Virus record (IMG/VR): IMGVR_UViG_3300008259_002957
Source of the DNA: a virus
Taxonomy: Duplodnaviria > Caudoviricetes
Length of the DNA: 64,000 nt
Direction: 5' to 3' (one strand)
Part shown: positions 11,146-21,551 of the stretch, piece by piece
Numbering within the stretch: the stretch's first letter is position 1
Layout: each line of letters starts with the position of its first letter
Program-made: the position numbers and the translations under genes
The notes under the pieces: generated by a model
Seen by the model: the letters and a program-made list of their open reading frames with translations, nothing else
The model's database searches: none
Told to the model about the DNA's origin: nothing

Positions 11146-12075
11146 ATGGCAGTTGGAGAGATAATTACCGCAGCGCGATACAATAGTATGCAAGCAAAGG
11201 CAATTGCTGTTTTAGGCAACGGCAGCGGAAATTTAGGATATGGACAAAGACCAGTTAGCACAACAGTAGCAACAACAAATACTGTTAATGCTCTACACAT
11301 GCAAAATTTAAAATCTGATTTAGAAAAAGCATATGTACACCAAACAGGAAGTCTTCCTACCCTAACGAGTATTGTTGCTTCCGCAGACGAAATAACAGAT
11401 ACAGTTTATGCTCAATACGAAAATATTTCAACGTTTGTTTATGCAGAAATTAATAGATTTGCATTAGACTCGTCACAAGCAACAGTAGAAAATAAGTTAA
11501 GTAGTCAGCGTACATCAGCGTGGGGTGGCGCATCGCAACCTCAAACAGTGCGTCATGAATTTACTGTAACATTTACTGGTGGTTATACTGTTATAAATTC
11601 GGATGGAACATCGGGTACAGCCACTGCCGCAGATCACAGAAGACATTTCTTTAACAGCGGCGGCGAAATAAGAATTGTACCATCAATTTCCAGCCCTCCT
11701 TCGTCTACTTCAAAATTTATTGATTGGCAAAATCTATTACAGTCAATTGGAACTTTGAGATTTAACTATACAACTGTTACTGCAAGTTCTGGTATATCGT
11801 CTAGTTTAGGTAACTTTGACTTAACAAGTACGTATCAAACACTTTATACAAAATCTGGTACAAGTGTTTATACAGGTAACACATTTGTAGTTAAAGCCAA
11901 GGGCGATCAAACATCAGGAGTTGTTACATTCTTAGTTGAATTCACCGATGATCTAAGTAACAACGTTGACGAGCCAGTCGAAGGTACGTTGTTAAGTTCG
12001 ATATCTCAATACAGAGCAACTGGTTCTTATGTGTCAGTGCCTTCTCCTGCATATCAAACTATACAAAGTTTGTAA
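11146..12075 (+). CDS. Thr/Ser-rich virion structural protein (paralog of 12113..13141)
   Basis: Shares FFN.GGEIR...SK..DW..LL...GT..F and DEPV.GT with the next gene; late-promoter context. Confidence 0.55.
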   Translation: MAVGEIITAARYNSMQAKAIAVLGNGSGNLGYGQRPVSTTVATTNTVNALHMQNLKSDLEKAYVHQTGSLPTLTSIVASADEITDTVYAQYENISTFVYAEINRFALDSSQATVENKLSSQRTSAWGGASQPQTVRHEFTVTFTGGYTVINSDGTSGTATAADHRRHFFNSGGEIRIVPSISSPPSSTSKFIDWQNLLQSIGTLRFNYTTVTASSGISSSLGNFDLTSTYQTLYTKSGTSVYTGNTFVVKAKGDQTSGVVTFLVEFTDDLSNNVDEPVEGTLLSSISQYRATGSYVSVPSPAYQTIQSL

Positions 12076-12089
12076 TGACAGAAACTATA

Positions 12090-12097
12090 TATAAGTA
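12090..12097 (+). promoter_or_regulatory. Late promoter variant TATAAGTA
   Basis: One mismatch to TATAAATA; intergenic, upstream of AGGAG and ATG 12113. Confidence 0.5.
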
Positions 12098-12112
12098 CTA
12101 GGAGAAAAACTA

Positions 12113-13141
12113 ATGCCTGTATCAACCGGATCCTCTTTAACAGCTAGTTCTTATAATTCAATCAGAAGTACTTTGTCCAGTATCTATGCAACACAATATG
12201 GACAGACCATGAGGTCTACAACAGTTGCAGCCACAGTTGACTCGGTTACCTCTGAACAGATGCTAGATCTATTTCTCGATGCACAAGGAACGTATGTGCA
12301 TCAAGTTGGTAGTGTAAGCACCACTGTTGCAGTACCGCCAACAGGACAAACTGTTGGTGCAAATCAGTCTCAAACTTTTAACCAAACTACAGGTGCAAAA
12401 GCAACACCGGCTGACGGTACAATACAAGGTATTAATGATTACGAGTCGTTAATAAACACTGTGAGTAACTTTGATCCTAGTGTAACTGGGTTTTCAATAA
12501 CTAGTTTTAGCCCAGGAACACCGCTTAACAGTTCACGAAGTACTCAGTGGGGCGGCACAGGCCAGGTTGAAAGCATTTATCATGTAGTAACTGTAACATT
12601 TCCTACTGTTAACGCAATGAATTTTTATTTTAATGCAGGTGGTGAAATACGTTTTACTGCTAGTCTAACTGGCGGCAGTGGATCAAAAGACACAGACTGG
12701 CAAGGTTTGCTAAGTGCAATGGGTACTATTACATTTAATAAATTTAGAATAACAGCATCATCTGGTACCCCAACTCCGGCTGGTTCTGGAGGCAGCGGTT
12801 TTAGCAGTTTAACATCTAGTTACAGACAGTTGTTTATTAAAGCAGGATCTGGAGTATATGCAGACAACGATTATACTATATCTGGGTTACTTTCTGGATC
12901 AACATTGAGATTTAGAATTGAATTCAATGACGGTGATACTGGTACTAATGCAGGAAGTCCAGTTGGTGGAACTCCAATTGACGAACCAGTAACTGGTACA
13001 ACAACTAGCACAGTTAACACTGGTAGACCAAACAGTTCGTTTATATATAACTCAGCATCGTATACCGCAGTTAGTTTGGCAGCCCCGACACTAGCAACAG
13101 CAATTGCACTTACCAGTGACAATTTAACTCCTCCTGCTTAA
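12113..13141 (+). CDS. Thr/Ser-rich virion structural protein (paralog of 11146..12075)
   Basis: Same shared motifs as the preceding gene; last gene of the structural block. Confidence 0.55.
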   Translation: MPVSTGSSLTASSYNSIRSTLSSIYATQYGQTMRSTTVAATVDSVTSEQMLDLFLDAQGTYVHQVGSVSTTVAVPPTGQTVGANQSQTFNQTTGAKATPADGTIQGINDYESLINTVSNFDPSVTGFSITSFSPGTPLNSSRSTQWGGTGQVESIYHVVTVTFPTVNAMNFYFNAGGEIRFTASLTGGSGSKDTDWQGLLSAMGTITFNKFRITASSGTPTPAGSGGSGFSSLTSSYRQLFIKAGSGVYADNDYTISGLLSGSTLRFRIEFNDGDTGTNAGSPVGGTPIDEPVTGTTTSTVNTGRPNSSFIYNSASYTAVSLAAPTLATAIALTSDNLTPPA

Positions 13142-13147
13142 AATTAT

Positions 13148-13176
13148 TTGACAAATATTAAAAAATGTCGTATTAT
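13148..13176 (+). promoter_or_regulatory. Sigma70-type promoter
   Basis: TTGACA (13148-13153), 17-nt spacer, TATTAT (13171-13176); AGGAG at 13188-13192 and ATG 13199 follow. Confidence 0.8.
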
Positions 13177-13186
13177 ATCAATACGA
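13168..13186. repeat. Inverted repeat overlapping the -10 box (possible operator or hairpin)
   Basis: TCGTATT-atatc-AATACGA, with perfect 7-bp arms. Confidence 0.6.
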
Positions 13187-13198
13187 TAGGAGTAATCT

Positions 13199-13546
13199 AT
13201 GGACGAAAAACTAAAACAAGCACTTGATTTTAGTAATTATATGATCACACTAAACAATCAAAAACGTGTTTTAAAAGAACAATATCAAAATGATATTGTA
13301 TATTATTTCAACGGTGGCCAGTTTACAGTAAAACAAGAGTTAGTTAGTTTCTGTCAAGCACTTATTGCTTTAAAGCAAACTGAAACAATCCTAGTTGATG
13401 ATAACGGAATACCAGTAGAAATTGAAGAGTTGTTTGAATTTACCAAAAGTATCGTTGGTGTTTACTTTGCAGCAACCAACAAATATTTAATTGAATACAA
13501 CAAATTAAAAAGCAACAGAACAGTTGAAGGTATAATCGATTTATGA
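13199..13546 (+). CDS. Hypothetical protein, possibly a tail-fibre assembly chaperone
   Basis: 115 aa, predicted helical. The pattern NGGQF...ILVDDNGIPVEI..L loosely recalls DUF4376-type fibre-associated proteins (weak resemblance). Confidence 0.35.
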   Translation: MDEKLKQALDFSNYMITLNNQKRVLKEQYQNDIVYYFNGGQFTVKQELVSFCQALIALKQTETILVDDNGIPVEIEELFEFTKSIVGVYFAATNKYLIEYNKLKSNRTVEGIIDL

Positions 13547-14391
13547 GCAAAGGTGTTTTGCTTATCGCAAGAAATAACAGCGAAGTTGATTATGTAAAAC
13601 AAGCAGTATTTTCGGCAAAGCGTATTAAAAATTACTTAAACTTACCGGTTAGTATTATAACAGACAATGTACAATATCTTAATGAAAGATACACAGATTC
13701 AATGTCTGTGTTTGATAAAGTTATTGAACTAGAAAAAGAATCTTCATATACATATAAAAAATACTACGACGGATCTTGGACTAGAAAAAATCTTGAATTT
13801 AAAAATACAAGTAGAAGCAGTGTATTTGATTTAACTCCTTACAACGAAACACTCCTACTTGATACAGATTTTATAATTGCAAATAATTTATTGTCTAATT
13901 GTTTTACACAAGCACATGACTTTTTAATTTATCAAGATGCGTTTGATTTAGCCGGATGGAGAGATGTATCAGAATTTAACTCTATCAGCGAAGTTGGTCC
14001 AAATTTTTACTGGGCAACAGCAGTTTTTTTTAGAAAAACAGAAACTAATAAAGTTTTTTTTAACTTAATAAAACACATACAAGAAAATTGGTTACATTAT
14101 CGAAATCTTTATCAAATACGCACAAGTGTTTTTAGAAATGATCATGCTTTTAGTATAGCAATTCATATGATGAACGGATTTCAAGCAGGTGACTTTGCTA
14201 AACCAATGCCGGGTACAATGTATTATTCAATTGACAGAGACTTGTTAGTTGAAATCAACAATGAAAATTTTTTAATTTTATTAGAAAAAGAAAACGAAGC
14301 AGGAAAATACTTTCCTACAAAAATAAAAAACAGCAACGTTCATGTTATGAATAAGTTTAGTCTTGGTAGAGTAATAGACAATGACAGTTAA
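13543..14391 (+). CDS. GT-A fold glycosyltransferase (GT8-like)
   Basis: NLPVSIITD; TPYNETLLLDTD (DxD); FRNDHAFSIA; C-terminal HVMNK. Paralog of the next gene. Confidence 0.7.
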   Translation: MSKGVLLIARNNSEVDYVKQAVFSAKRIKNYLNLPVSIITDNVQYLNERYTDSMSVFDKVIELEKESSYTYKKYYDGSWTRKNLEFKNTSRSSVFDLTPYNETLLLDTDFIIANNLLSNCFTQAHDFLIYQDAFDLAGWRDVSEFNSISEVGPNFYWATAVFFRKTETNKVFFNLIKHIQENWLHYRNLYQIRTSVFRNDHAFSIAIHMMNGFQAGDFAKPMPGTMYYSIDRDLLVEINNENFLILLEKENEAGKYFPTKIKNSNVHVMNKFSLGRVIDNDS

Positions 14392-15220
14392 TTTTACAAT
14401 GCTTGCACAGAACAGCACACACAACTATGTAAAACAAGCATACTTGTGTGCATTAAGTATTCGTGCTACCAATCCTGACAGTAAAATTTGTCTTATTACC
14501 AACGACACACTTGACAAAAAACATTCAGCAGTGTTCGATGATATTGTTAGTATTCCTTGGGAAGATTCTGCACAGTCATCAGAATGGAAAGTAGAAAATC
14601 GGTGGAAAATTTATCATGCTACACCGTATGACCGTACAATTGTGATAGATACTGATATGTTAGTACTTGAAAATGTCGAGCATTGGTGGAATTTTCTAAA
14701 AAACTATAAGATATTTTTTACTACTAACGTAAAAACCTATAGAGGAACTCCTTTAACTAGCATCTATTATCGTAAAGCATTTAGAAATCATCAACTGCCC
14801 AATCTATACAGTGGATTTCATTACTTTGAAAAAAGCGACGAAGCACACAACTTTTATAAATGGCTTGAGTTAGTGATGAACAACTGGGAACTGTTTTATG
14901 GACAATATGCAGGTGGAAAGTATTTTCAAAAATTTGCCAGTGTAGATATTAGTGCTGCAATTGTAACTAAGATACTAGACTGTGAGGAGCGTGTTACAAG
15001 CAAAGCAACATATCCGCATTTTACTCATATGAAGATCCATACACAAGATTGGAAAATCTTAACCAGTGAACGGTGGCAAGACAAAGTAGGTGTATACTTA
15101 GATAATGATCTTGATCTAAAAATTGGAAATTACAAGCAAAACGGAATATTTCATTATACAGAAAAAGATTTTGTTACAGATGATGTTATAAAAATTTATG
15201 AAAGATATTTAAATGTTTGA
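14381..15220 (+). CDS. GT-A fold glycosyltransferase (GT8-like)
   Basis: KICLITND; TPYDRTIVIDTD (DxD); C-terminal IFHYTEK. Confidence 0.7.
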   Translation: MTVNFTMLAQNSTHNYVKQAYLCALSIRATNPDSKICLITNDTLDKKHSAVFDDIVSIPWEDSAQSSEWKVENRWKIYHATPYDRTIVIDTDMLVLENVEHWWNFLKNYKIFFTTNVKTYRGTPLTSIYYRKAFRNHQLPNLYSGFHYFEKSDEAHNFYKWLELVMNNWELFYGQYAGGKYFQKFASVDISAAIVTKILDCEERVTSKATYPHFTHMKIHTQDWKILTSERWQDKVGVYLDNDLDLKIGNYKQNGIFHYTEKDFVTDDVIKIYERYLNV

Positions 15221-15797
15221 AAGTATTCTTTATGTTTCAACTAAACGATATGTCTACTTCGACGAAGATGGTAATTTAACTGCGGTATCAAATGTTAATA
15301 CTGAGCCAGGTAACTATGTCGAAGTTGAATTTGCAGACATTGCAAATTTAATTACTGGTAAAGAACACTTTTTTCATTATTATGTAGCGTTTGATACTGT
15401 TTCTAAAAGTTATGTATTAAAACATAAACTTAACGAAGAAGATTTTACGTTTGATGTAAACAATCAAATATATAAAATTCCTAATAGTAGTGCAAGAACT
15501 GATATCAAAATCATACAAGACATCCCTAATAAAAAATGGACAATTGTGTTAGATGAAATCATTAGAGATAATTTTAAATCTAAAAAGATGATTTTTACAA
15601 AATCTCTTAACTTTAGTTTTACACGATACAACGACCCACATCAACTGGAAAAGTTTTTAACTATAGAATTGAATTCACTAATTGAACAAGATTTACATAT
15701 TGACTTTGAAAACCAAATAGAACTTGACCCAAACGCATTAAGTGTATATACTATAAAACGTCTAGAAACATATTCGCATGAGGTATTAAATGGGTAA
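15213..15797 (+). CDS. Hypothetical protein
   Basis: 194-aa ORF overlapping both neighbours; no motif recognised. Confidence 0.6.
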   Translation: MFESILYVSTKRYVYFDEDGNLTAVSNVNTEPGNYVEVEFADIANLITGKEHFFHYYVAFDTVSKSYVLKHKLNEEDFTFDVNNQIYKIPNSSARTDIKIIQDIPNKKWTIVLDEIIRDNFKSKKMIFTKSLNFSFTRYNDPHQLEKFLTIELNSLIEQDLHIDFENQIELDPNALSVYTIKRLETYSHEVLNG

Positions 15798-16719
15798 ATT
15801 TAGAGTGCTTGACTATGATATAATTTATTTGTCATATGACGAGCCAAACGCTGAAAAAAATTATGCAGACTTGTGTAAAAAAATTCCATGGGCAAAACGT
15901 GTACATGGTGTCAAAGGCAGTGATGCTGCACACAAAGCCTGTGCTAGACTAAGCGAAACTGACAGATTCATCACAGTCGACGGCGATAATGTTATCAGCC
16001 AAGAATTTCTTACAAAAGAATTTGATTTTGACGAAAACAGAGATCTAGAAAAGTGTGTTATTAGTTGGACTGCCCGTAATACAATTAATGGATTAATGTA
16101 TGGCAATGGCGGCCTAAAATGTTGGCCAAAAGAATATGTTTTGAACATGCGTACACACGAAAACGCAGATCCTAACAATCCACATGCACAGGTAGATTTT
16201 TGCTGGGATCTTGAATATATCCAAATGAACAGTTGTTATAGTGAAATCTACAACAACGCTACACCGCAACAAGCATGGCGTGCAGGATTTAGAGAAGGTG
16301 TTAAAATGGCACTGGACCGTGGTGTCAAGCCGACTGTAGAAGCATTTAAAAAGAATCATTGGAAAAATCTACACAGACTTTATATTTGGCTCATGGTTGG
16401 CGCAGATGTTGAGAACGGTATGTGGGGCATATACGGTGCTAGAGAAGGCCTTTATAAAACCATGCTTACTGACTGGGATTATGTAAATGTTCGTGACTTT
16501 GATTGGCTAAATGAGTATTGGGAAAACACTGTTACTAAAAAAGTAGACGAAGAAAATCTTGTTCGTAAGTGTGAAGACTTAGCAGACGTACTTATTCCAG
16601 TTCTAGATTTGCCGATTGCAGCATATCCACTAGAAGCAGATCAAAGTAAATTCTTTAAAACCGTTTATCAAAACCCAGCAAGAACTACTAATCAGCAGTT
16701 CATAGATAGAGAAGATTAA
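15790..16719 (+). CDS. GT-A-like glycosyltransferase (homolog of the C-terminal domain of 60750..62393)
   Basis: YDIIYLSYDEP.A...AKRVHGVKG...TDRFITVDGD (DxD)...NGL.YGNGGLK...AWRAGFRE.VK. Confidence 0.55.
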   Translation: MGKFRVLDYDIIYLSYDEPNAEKNYADLCKKIPWAKRVHGVKGSDAAHKACARLSETDRFITVDGDNVISQEFLTKEFDFDENRDLEKCVISWTARNTINGLMYGNGGLKCWPKEYVLNMRTHENADPNNPHAQVDFCWDLEYIQMNSCYSEIYNNATPQQAWRAGFREGVKMALDRGVKPTVEAFKKNHWKNLHRLYIWLMVGADVENGMWGIYGAREGLYKTMLTDWDYVNVRDFDWLNEYWENTVTKKVDEENLVRKCEDLADVLIPVLDLPIAAYPLEADQSKFFKTVYQNPARTTNQQFIDRED

Positions 16720-18101
16720 TGTCAAAAACACAGGATTACATTAAAAATGTAAACGACGTTACTACACGACATTTTAGCCCAACATTTTGTTTTGCTAAAT
16801 GGCATCATACAACAATTTATTTGCAAACTGGAGAAACACACAGTTGTTATCATCCTGCCCCTCACAAAATTTCAGTAGATGAATTGTTAACCAATCCTAG
16901 TGCATTACACAATACACAGCAAAAAAAGCAAGAGCGTAGAGAAATGCTCGAGGGCAAACAACCAAAAGGTTGTCAATATTGCTGGAACATTGAAAATATG
17001 GGCAAAGACTACGTAAGTGATAGACACATACGCAGTGCTAGTATCTATAACGAACAACGTCTACAAGAAATTAAATTTAATCCTTGGGACTTTAACGTAA
17101 ATCCTGAGTATATTGAAATTTCATTTGGTAACGAATGTAACTTCCGTTGTGGATATTGCCATCCTAAGGCCAGTAGCCGCTTTCACAATGAAATACGACA
17201 GCACGGTCCGTATGATATGGTAAACAATCATCGCTGTGACATTGACTGGTTTAAAGTCTATGATGAAGATAACAATCCTTATCTTCATGCTTGGTGGAAA
17301 TGGTGGCCGGAGGTTAGTAAAACTCTGAACATTTTACGTGTTACTGGCGGCGAACCAACAATTCAAAAAAGTACATACAAACTATTTGATTTACTAGAGC
17401 AAGATCCTAAGCCCAATCTCGAACTAAACGTCAACAGCAACCTTGGCGGCAAAGAACGTCAACTTGAAAAGTTTACTGATGCTGTAAACAGTTTGCTATC
17501 TCAAAATAAGATTAAACAATTTAAGTTATTTACAAGTGTTGACACTTGGAATGAACGTGCTGAATACATTCGTGATGGCCTTGACATAGAAGTATTTGAA
17601 AGAAACTTAGATTATTTTTTGCGTAATACAACTGCTCCAGTTACATTTATGATTACGTTTAATATTTTTAGTGTAACTACGTTTCAAACTCTGCTTGAAA
17701 AAATTCTCGAATGGCGTCGTAAATACAACGATGTTGAAAGCAGTCGTTGGCAGCGTATTCATTTTGATACACCTTATTTAAAAGAACCTCTACAATACGA
17801 CATCAATATTCTTCCTAAAGAACGATATATGCAGTATATGGAACAGCATCTACAGTTTATCAAAGACAACGTTCAAGAAGGTAGCAAAGTTCATTTTAGT
17901 GAACTTGAATATGAAAAGTTTAGACGTGTAGTTGATTACATGCGTAGCACAGAATATGCTCCTGAAAAAATACACGAAGGTAGAAAAGACTTTTGGAATT
18001 TCTTTAAAGAACAAGATCGTAGACGTAACATAGATTTTGAATCTACTTTTCCTGAAATGAACGATTTTTTCCAACTGTGTAAGCAAGCAGCAAATGGATA
18101 A
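16719..18101 (+). CDS. Radical SAM protein, N-terminal Cys-motif subfamily (type A)
   Basis: CNFRCGYC; VTGGEP; N-terminal FCFAKW...CYHP...CQYC. Confidence 0.85.
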   Translation: MSKTQDYIKNVNDVTTRHFSPTFCFAKWHHTTIYLQTGETHSCYHPAPHKISVDELLTNPSALHNTQQKKQERREMLEGKQPKGCQYCWNIENMGKDYVSDRHIRSASIYNEQRLQEIKFNPWDFNVNPEYIEISFGNECNFRCGYCHPKASSRFHNEIRQHGPYDMVNNHRCDIDWFKVYDEDNNPYLHAWWKWWPEVSKTLNILRVTGGEPTIQKSTYKLFDLLEQDPKPNLELNVNSNLGGKERQLEKFTDAVNSLLSQNKIKQFKLFTSVDTWNERAEYIRDGLDIEVFERNLDYFLRNTTAPVTFMITFNIFSVTTFQTLLEKILEWRRKYNDVESSRWQRIHFDTPYLKEPLQYDINILPKERYMQYMEQHLQFIKDNVQEGSKVHFSELEYEKFRRVVDYMRSTEYAPEKIHEGRKDFWNFFKEQDRRRNIDFESTFPEMNDFFQLCKQAANG

Positions 18102-19320
18102 AGATTACTTATTAAACAAGAGCAAAACGTTTTGCATGTTTCCGTGGATACATCTCAATGTTACTCCGCTAGGTAATGTTTATCCTTGCTGTAGTTCTGA
18201 TTATACAGATCCTTTTGCTAACGTTAAAGATGCTTCACTTGCTGAAATTTTTAATAATGACCGAATGAAGCAATTGCGTTTAGATATGTTGTCTGACAAA
18301 AATAATAAAATTTGTACATACTGCTACAAACACGAAGAAAGTTCGCCGTTTAGTTTTAGGAAATATAGTATAGAACACTTTGGCAAAGACTTTGATGAGT
18401 TAGTTACTTTAACAAACAGTGACGGAAGTATGCCACAATTTTCTATGAAATACTTTGATGTAAGATTTTCTAACATCTGTAACATGAAGTGTCGTACTTG
18501 TGGTGCAGAATTTTCCAGCCAATGGGCTCAAGAAATGAAGCAACACGAAGCAGTTAGCAAAGATTATAGAATTATAAATCACGCCGATAGTACAGGTCAA
18601 CTTTTAGAAGAAATTAAAAATCAAGTTGAAAATATTGATCTAGCATACTTTGCTGGCGGCGAGCCACTAATTACAGAAGAACATTATATAATTCTTGAAG
18701 AAATGATTCGCAAAGGTGTAAACAAAAATATTACACTTCGTTACAATACTAATATGAGTAATTTTAAATATAAAAAATACAACGTACTTGATCTTTGGAG
18801 TAGATTTAAGCGTGTAGAAATCTCAGCAAGTATTGATCACTACGGAGAACGTGCTGAATATATACGTCACGGAACAGACTGGGCTGTTGTAGAATCTAAT
18901 TTAAAGTCTATTAGAGACTTAGATTACATTGACTATCAGTACAACACAGTACTAAGTGTTTTTAATTATGCAACACTCGATCAATTTTATAACTATCTTA
19001 TTGAAAAAGATCTGTTGCGTAAAAAAGACATGATTAGCATCTATAGAGCGTTAACTCCTTCTTATTATGCTGCAACAATTTTACCAAAATCTATCAAGCA
19101 ATTTGGAACAGACAAATTAAATGATTTGCATGATTTTATGATTGCTGGAGATTGGTATCAAGCAATGCATATTCAAGATGCTATTAGATTTACAAATCAA
19201 ACAGACGAATGGGATAAAGAACGCGAACAGTTTACACATCATACACAAAGACGTGATAAAATTCGTGGAGAAAGTTTTACAAGTGTGTTTCCAGAATTGA
19301 GTGAAATGTTAAATGGATAA
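18094..19320 (+). CDS. Radical SAM protein (type A, N-terminal SPASM/twitch-like motif)
   Basis: FCMFPW...YPCC...CTYC, then CNMKCRTC and FAGGEP. Confidence 0.9.
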   Translation: MDKDYLLNKSKTFCMFPWIHLNVTPLGNVYPCCSSDYTDPFANVKDASLAEIFNNDRMKQLRLDMLSDKNNKICTYCYKHEESSPFSFRKYSIEHFGKDFDELVTLTNSDGSMPQFSMKYFDVRFSNICNMKCRTCGAEFSSQWAQEMKQHEAVSKDYRIINHADSTGQLLEEIKNQVENIDLAYFAGGEPLITEEHYIILEEMIRKGVNKNITLRYNTNMSNFKYKKYNVLDLWSRFKRVEISASIDHYGERAEYIRHGTDWAVVESNLKSIRDLDYIDYQYNTVLSVFNYATLDQFYNYLIEKDLLRKKDMISIYRALTPSYYAATILPKSIKQFGTDKLNDLHDFMIAGDWYQAMHIQDAIRFTNQTDEWDKEREQFTHHTQRRDKIRGESFTSVFPELSEMLNG

Positions 19321-20596
19321 AGAAGAATTATTAAAGAAGAATCGGGCATTTTGTATTTTACCTTGGATTCACATGCACGTATGGCCAAATGGCAACGCAA
19401 TGCCTTGCTGTATTTCCGATAGTACACAACCGTTTGGAAACTTAAAAGACAACAGTATTGAAGAAGTTTGGAACAGCGAAAAATACAAAGAATTGCGTTT
19501 GGCGATGCTGGAAGGCAAAAAACTTGATGTATGTAGCCGTTGTTATGAACTCGAAGATAGTACTTATATTTGGACGCTAAGAAAAAATCACAACCATTGG
19601 TTTGGTGAAAAACACTTTGACTTGGTAGAAAAAACAAAAGACGACGGCAGTATTGATGAATTTCGCATGGCATACTTAGACATACGTTTTTCAAATATCT
19701 GTAATATGAAGTGTCGCAGTTGTGGACCTGAACTAAGCAGTCAACATGCCAAAGAATTTAAAGATTTGTATGGAGAACACGAACTTGCTCGTATGCTAAA
19801 AAACGATGGCAAGATTGTAGTTAATATTGCTAAAGAAAATAACTTTTGGAATGACTTAACAAAGTATTTGCCTGACATTGAAGAAGTATATTTTGCAGGC
19901 GGAGAAGCACTTATCACAGACGAACATTATCAAATTCTTGACTATTGGCTAGAAAATAACAAGCGTGATGTTCGTCTAAGATATACAACTAACTTTAGTA
20001 ATTTTAGATACAAGCAAAAGTCTATTATAGACTATTGGCAAGAATTTTCAGACATTCAAGTCAGCGCAAGCCTTGACTGTAATGGTTATAGAGCAGAATA
20101 TTCTAGACACGGAACAGTATGGAATACAATTGAACGTAACAGACAAGAAATGTTAGAACGTGTACCTCACGTACATTTCGAACTAACACCCACAGTCAGT
20201 CTTTATAATGCCTGGAACTGGCCGGACTTTCACATGGATTGGGTTGAGCGTGGATTAGTTGATATTGAAAATTGCAGACTTAATATGCTTACTGGACCAG
20301 ACTTTATGAGAATTGACAACGTTCCGGAAAGTGTTAAAATCGAATTAAGAGCAAAATATCTTGATTATAAATCTTGGGCATTTGAAAAAATAAAAGATCG
20401 AGCAAAGAACAAGCCAGAAATAATTAAAGATGTAATTGGAAAGATTGATAGTGTAGTTCAGTTTATGAATACTGGAACAGAGAATAAAGAAAAGTTAAAG
20501 CAGTTTATTGAAAACAATAATAATCTTGATCGATATAGAAAAGAAAACTTTTGGGCAGTATTTCCTGAAATGTCATGGTTAAAACAATATGAGTGA
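19313..20596 (+). CDS. Radical SAM protein (type A)
   Basis: FCILPW...MPCC...CSRC, then CNMKCRSC and FAGGEA. Confidence 0.9.
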   Translation: MDKEELLKKNRAFCILPWIHMHVWPNGNAMPCCISDSTQPFGNLKDNSIEEVWNSEKYKELRLAMLEGKKLDVCSRCYELEDSTYIWTLRKNHNHWFGEKHFDLVEKTKDDGSIDEFRMAYLDIRFSNICNMKCRSCGPELSSQHAKEFKDLYGEHELARMLKNDGKIVVNIAKENNFWNDLTKYLPDIEEVYFAGGEALITDEHYQILDYWLENNKRDVRLRYTTNFSNFRYKQKSIIDYWQEFSDIQVSASLDCNGYRAEYSRHGTVWNTIERNRQEMLERVPHVHFELTPTVSLYNAWNWPDFHMDWVERGLVDIENCRLNMLTGPDFMRIDNVPESVKIELRAKYLDYKSWAFEKIKDRAKNKPEIIKDVIGKIDSVVQFMNTGTENKEKLKQFIENNNNLDRYRKENFWAVFPEMSWLKQYE

Positions 20597-21551
20597 ACTA
20601 TTTAAAATAACACCGATCGAAGACAAGTATATGAGTCTTACTTGGCAAGTAAACAATTTTTGTAACTATCAGTGTAGTTATTGTAACCCAGGTAATTGGA
20701 GTGGTACATCACGTAACAATGGTAATCTAGATTCTTATAAGCGTAATGTAAGAAATATCTTTCAACAATATCAAGACAGAGGTTACAGATATTTTAAAAT
20801 ATTTTACAGCGGCGGCGAGCCCACACATTGGGAAAACTTTATTCCTCTAACAGAATACTTAAAAGCGGAATTAGGTGATAATTTAACTGTTGCAGTTAAT
20901 ACAAATCTAAGTCGTCCTTTGAGATATTGGGAACAACACTATCATCTATTTGATGACATAGTTGCAAGTTTTCATATTGAATATGTTAAACCTGATAGGT
21001 ACATTGAAAACGCAGCATTTTTGTGTGACAAAGTAGATTATCTTTGCACAAAAATGCTAATGCATGAAGAACGCTTTTGGGAAGTTGTTGAATTTGGTAA
21101 TCGTGTAAGAAATGAAGTGCTGAACTATAATTTAGAGTGGACACCTTTATTTGACGAAATGAGTGTTAATGCAGGACCGTGGAAATACTCTGATCCTGCT
21201 AAAGAAAAGTTTTTAAGAGAAGCACAGTTTGAAACTGTAATGCGTAAAACCAAACCTTACAGAACAAATCGAGCAATTAGTTTAGCACATTATACAGATT
21301 CTGTAGAGCCAGTAAATAGTAATAAGATTATTTCAGCAAGACAAAACTTTTTTGCAGGCTGGCGCTGTTCGGTTGATGATGCACTGTTTATCAATCCAAT
21401 TGGACAAATTAGCAGTGCTAGTTGTGGAGTTGGAAACAACCACGGAAATATCTTAAATGAAAATTTAAAGTTTAATCTAAACCCTGTAATTTGTAGCAAG
21501 GAACACTGTCACTGTGGTACCGATATCATCATTCCTAAAGAAAAAATATAA
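20589..21551 (+). CDS. Radical SAM protein (type B, C-terminal Cys cluster)
   Basis: CNYQCSYC; YSGGEP; C-terminal FAGWRC...ASC...PVICSKEHCHC. Confidence 0.9.
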   Translation: MSELFKITPIEDKYMSLTWQVNNFCNYQCSYCNPGNWSGTSRNNGNLDSYKRNVRNIFQQYQDRGYRYFKIFYSGGEPTHWENFIPLTEYLKAELGDNLTVAVNTNLSRPLRYWEQHYHLFDDIVASFHIEYVKPDRYIENAAFLCDKVDYLCTKMLMHEERFWEVVEFGNRVRNEVLNYNLEWTPLFDEMSVNAGPWKYSDPAKEKFLREAQFETVMRKTKPYRTNRAISLAHYTDSVEPVNSNKIISARQNFFAGWRCSVDDALFINPIGQISSASCGVGNNHGNILNENLKFNLNPVICSKEHCHCGTDIIIPKEKI

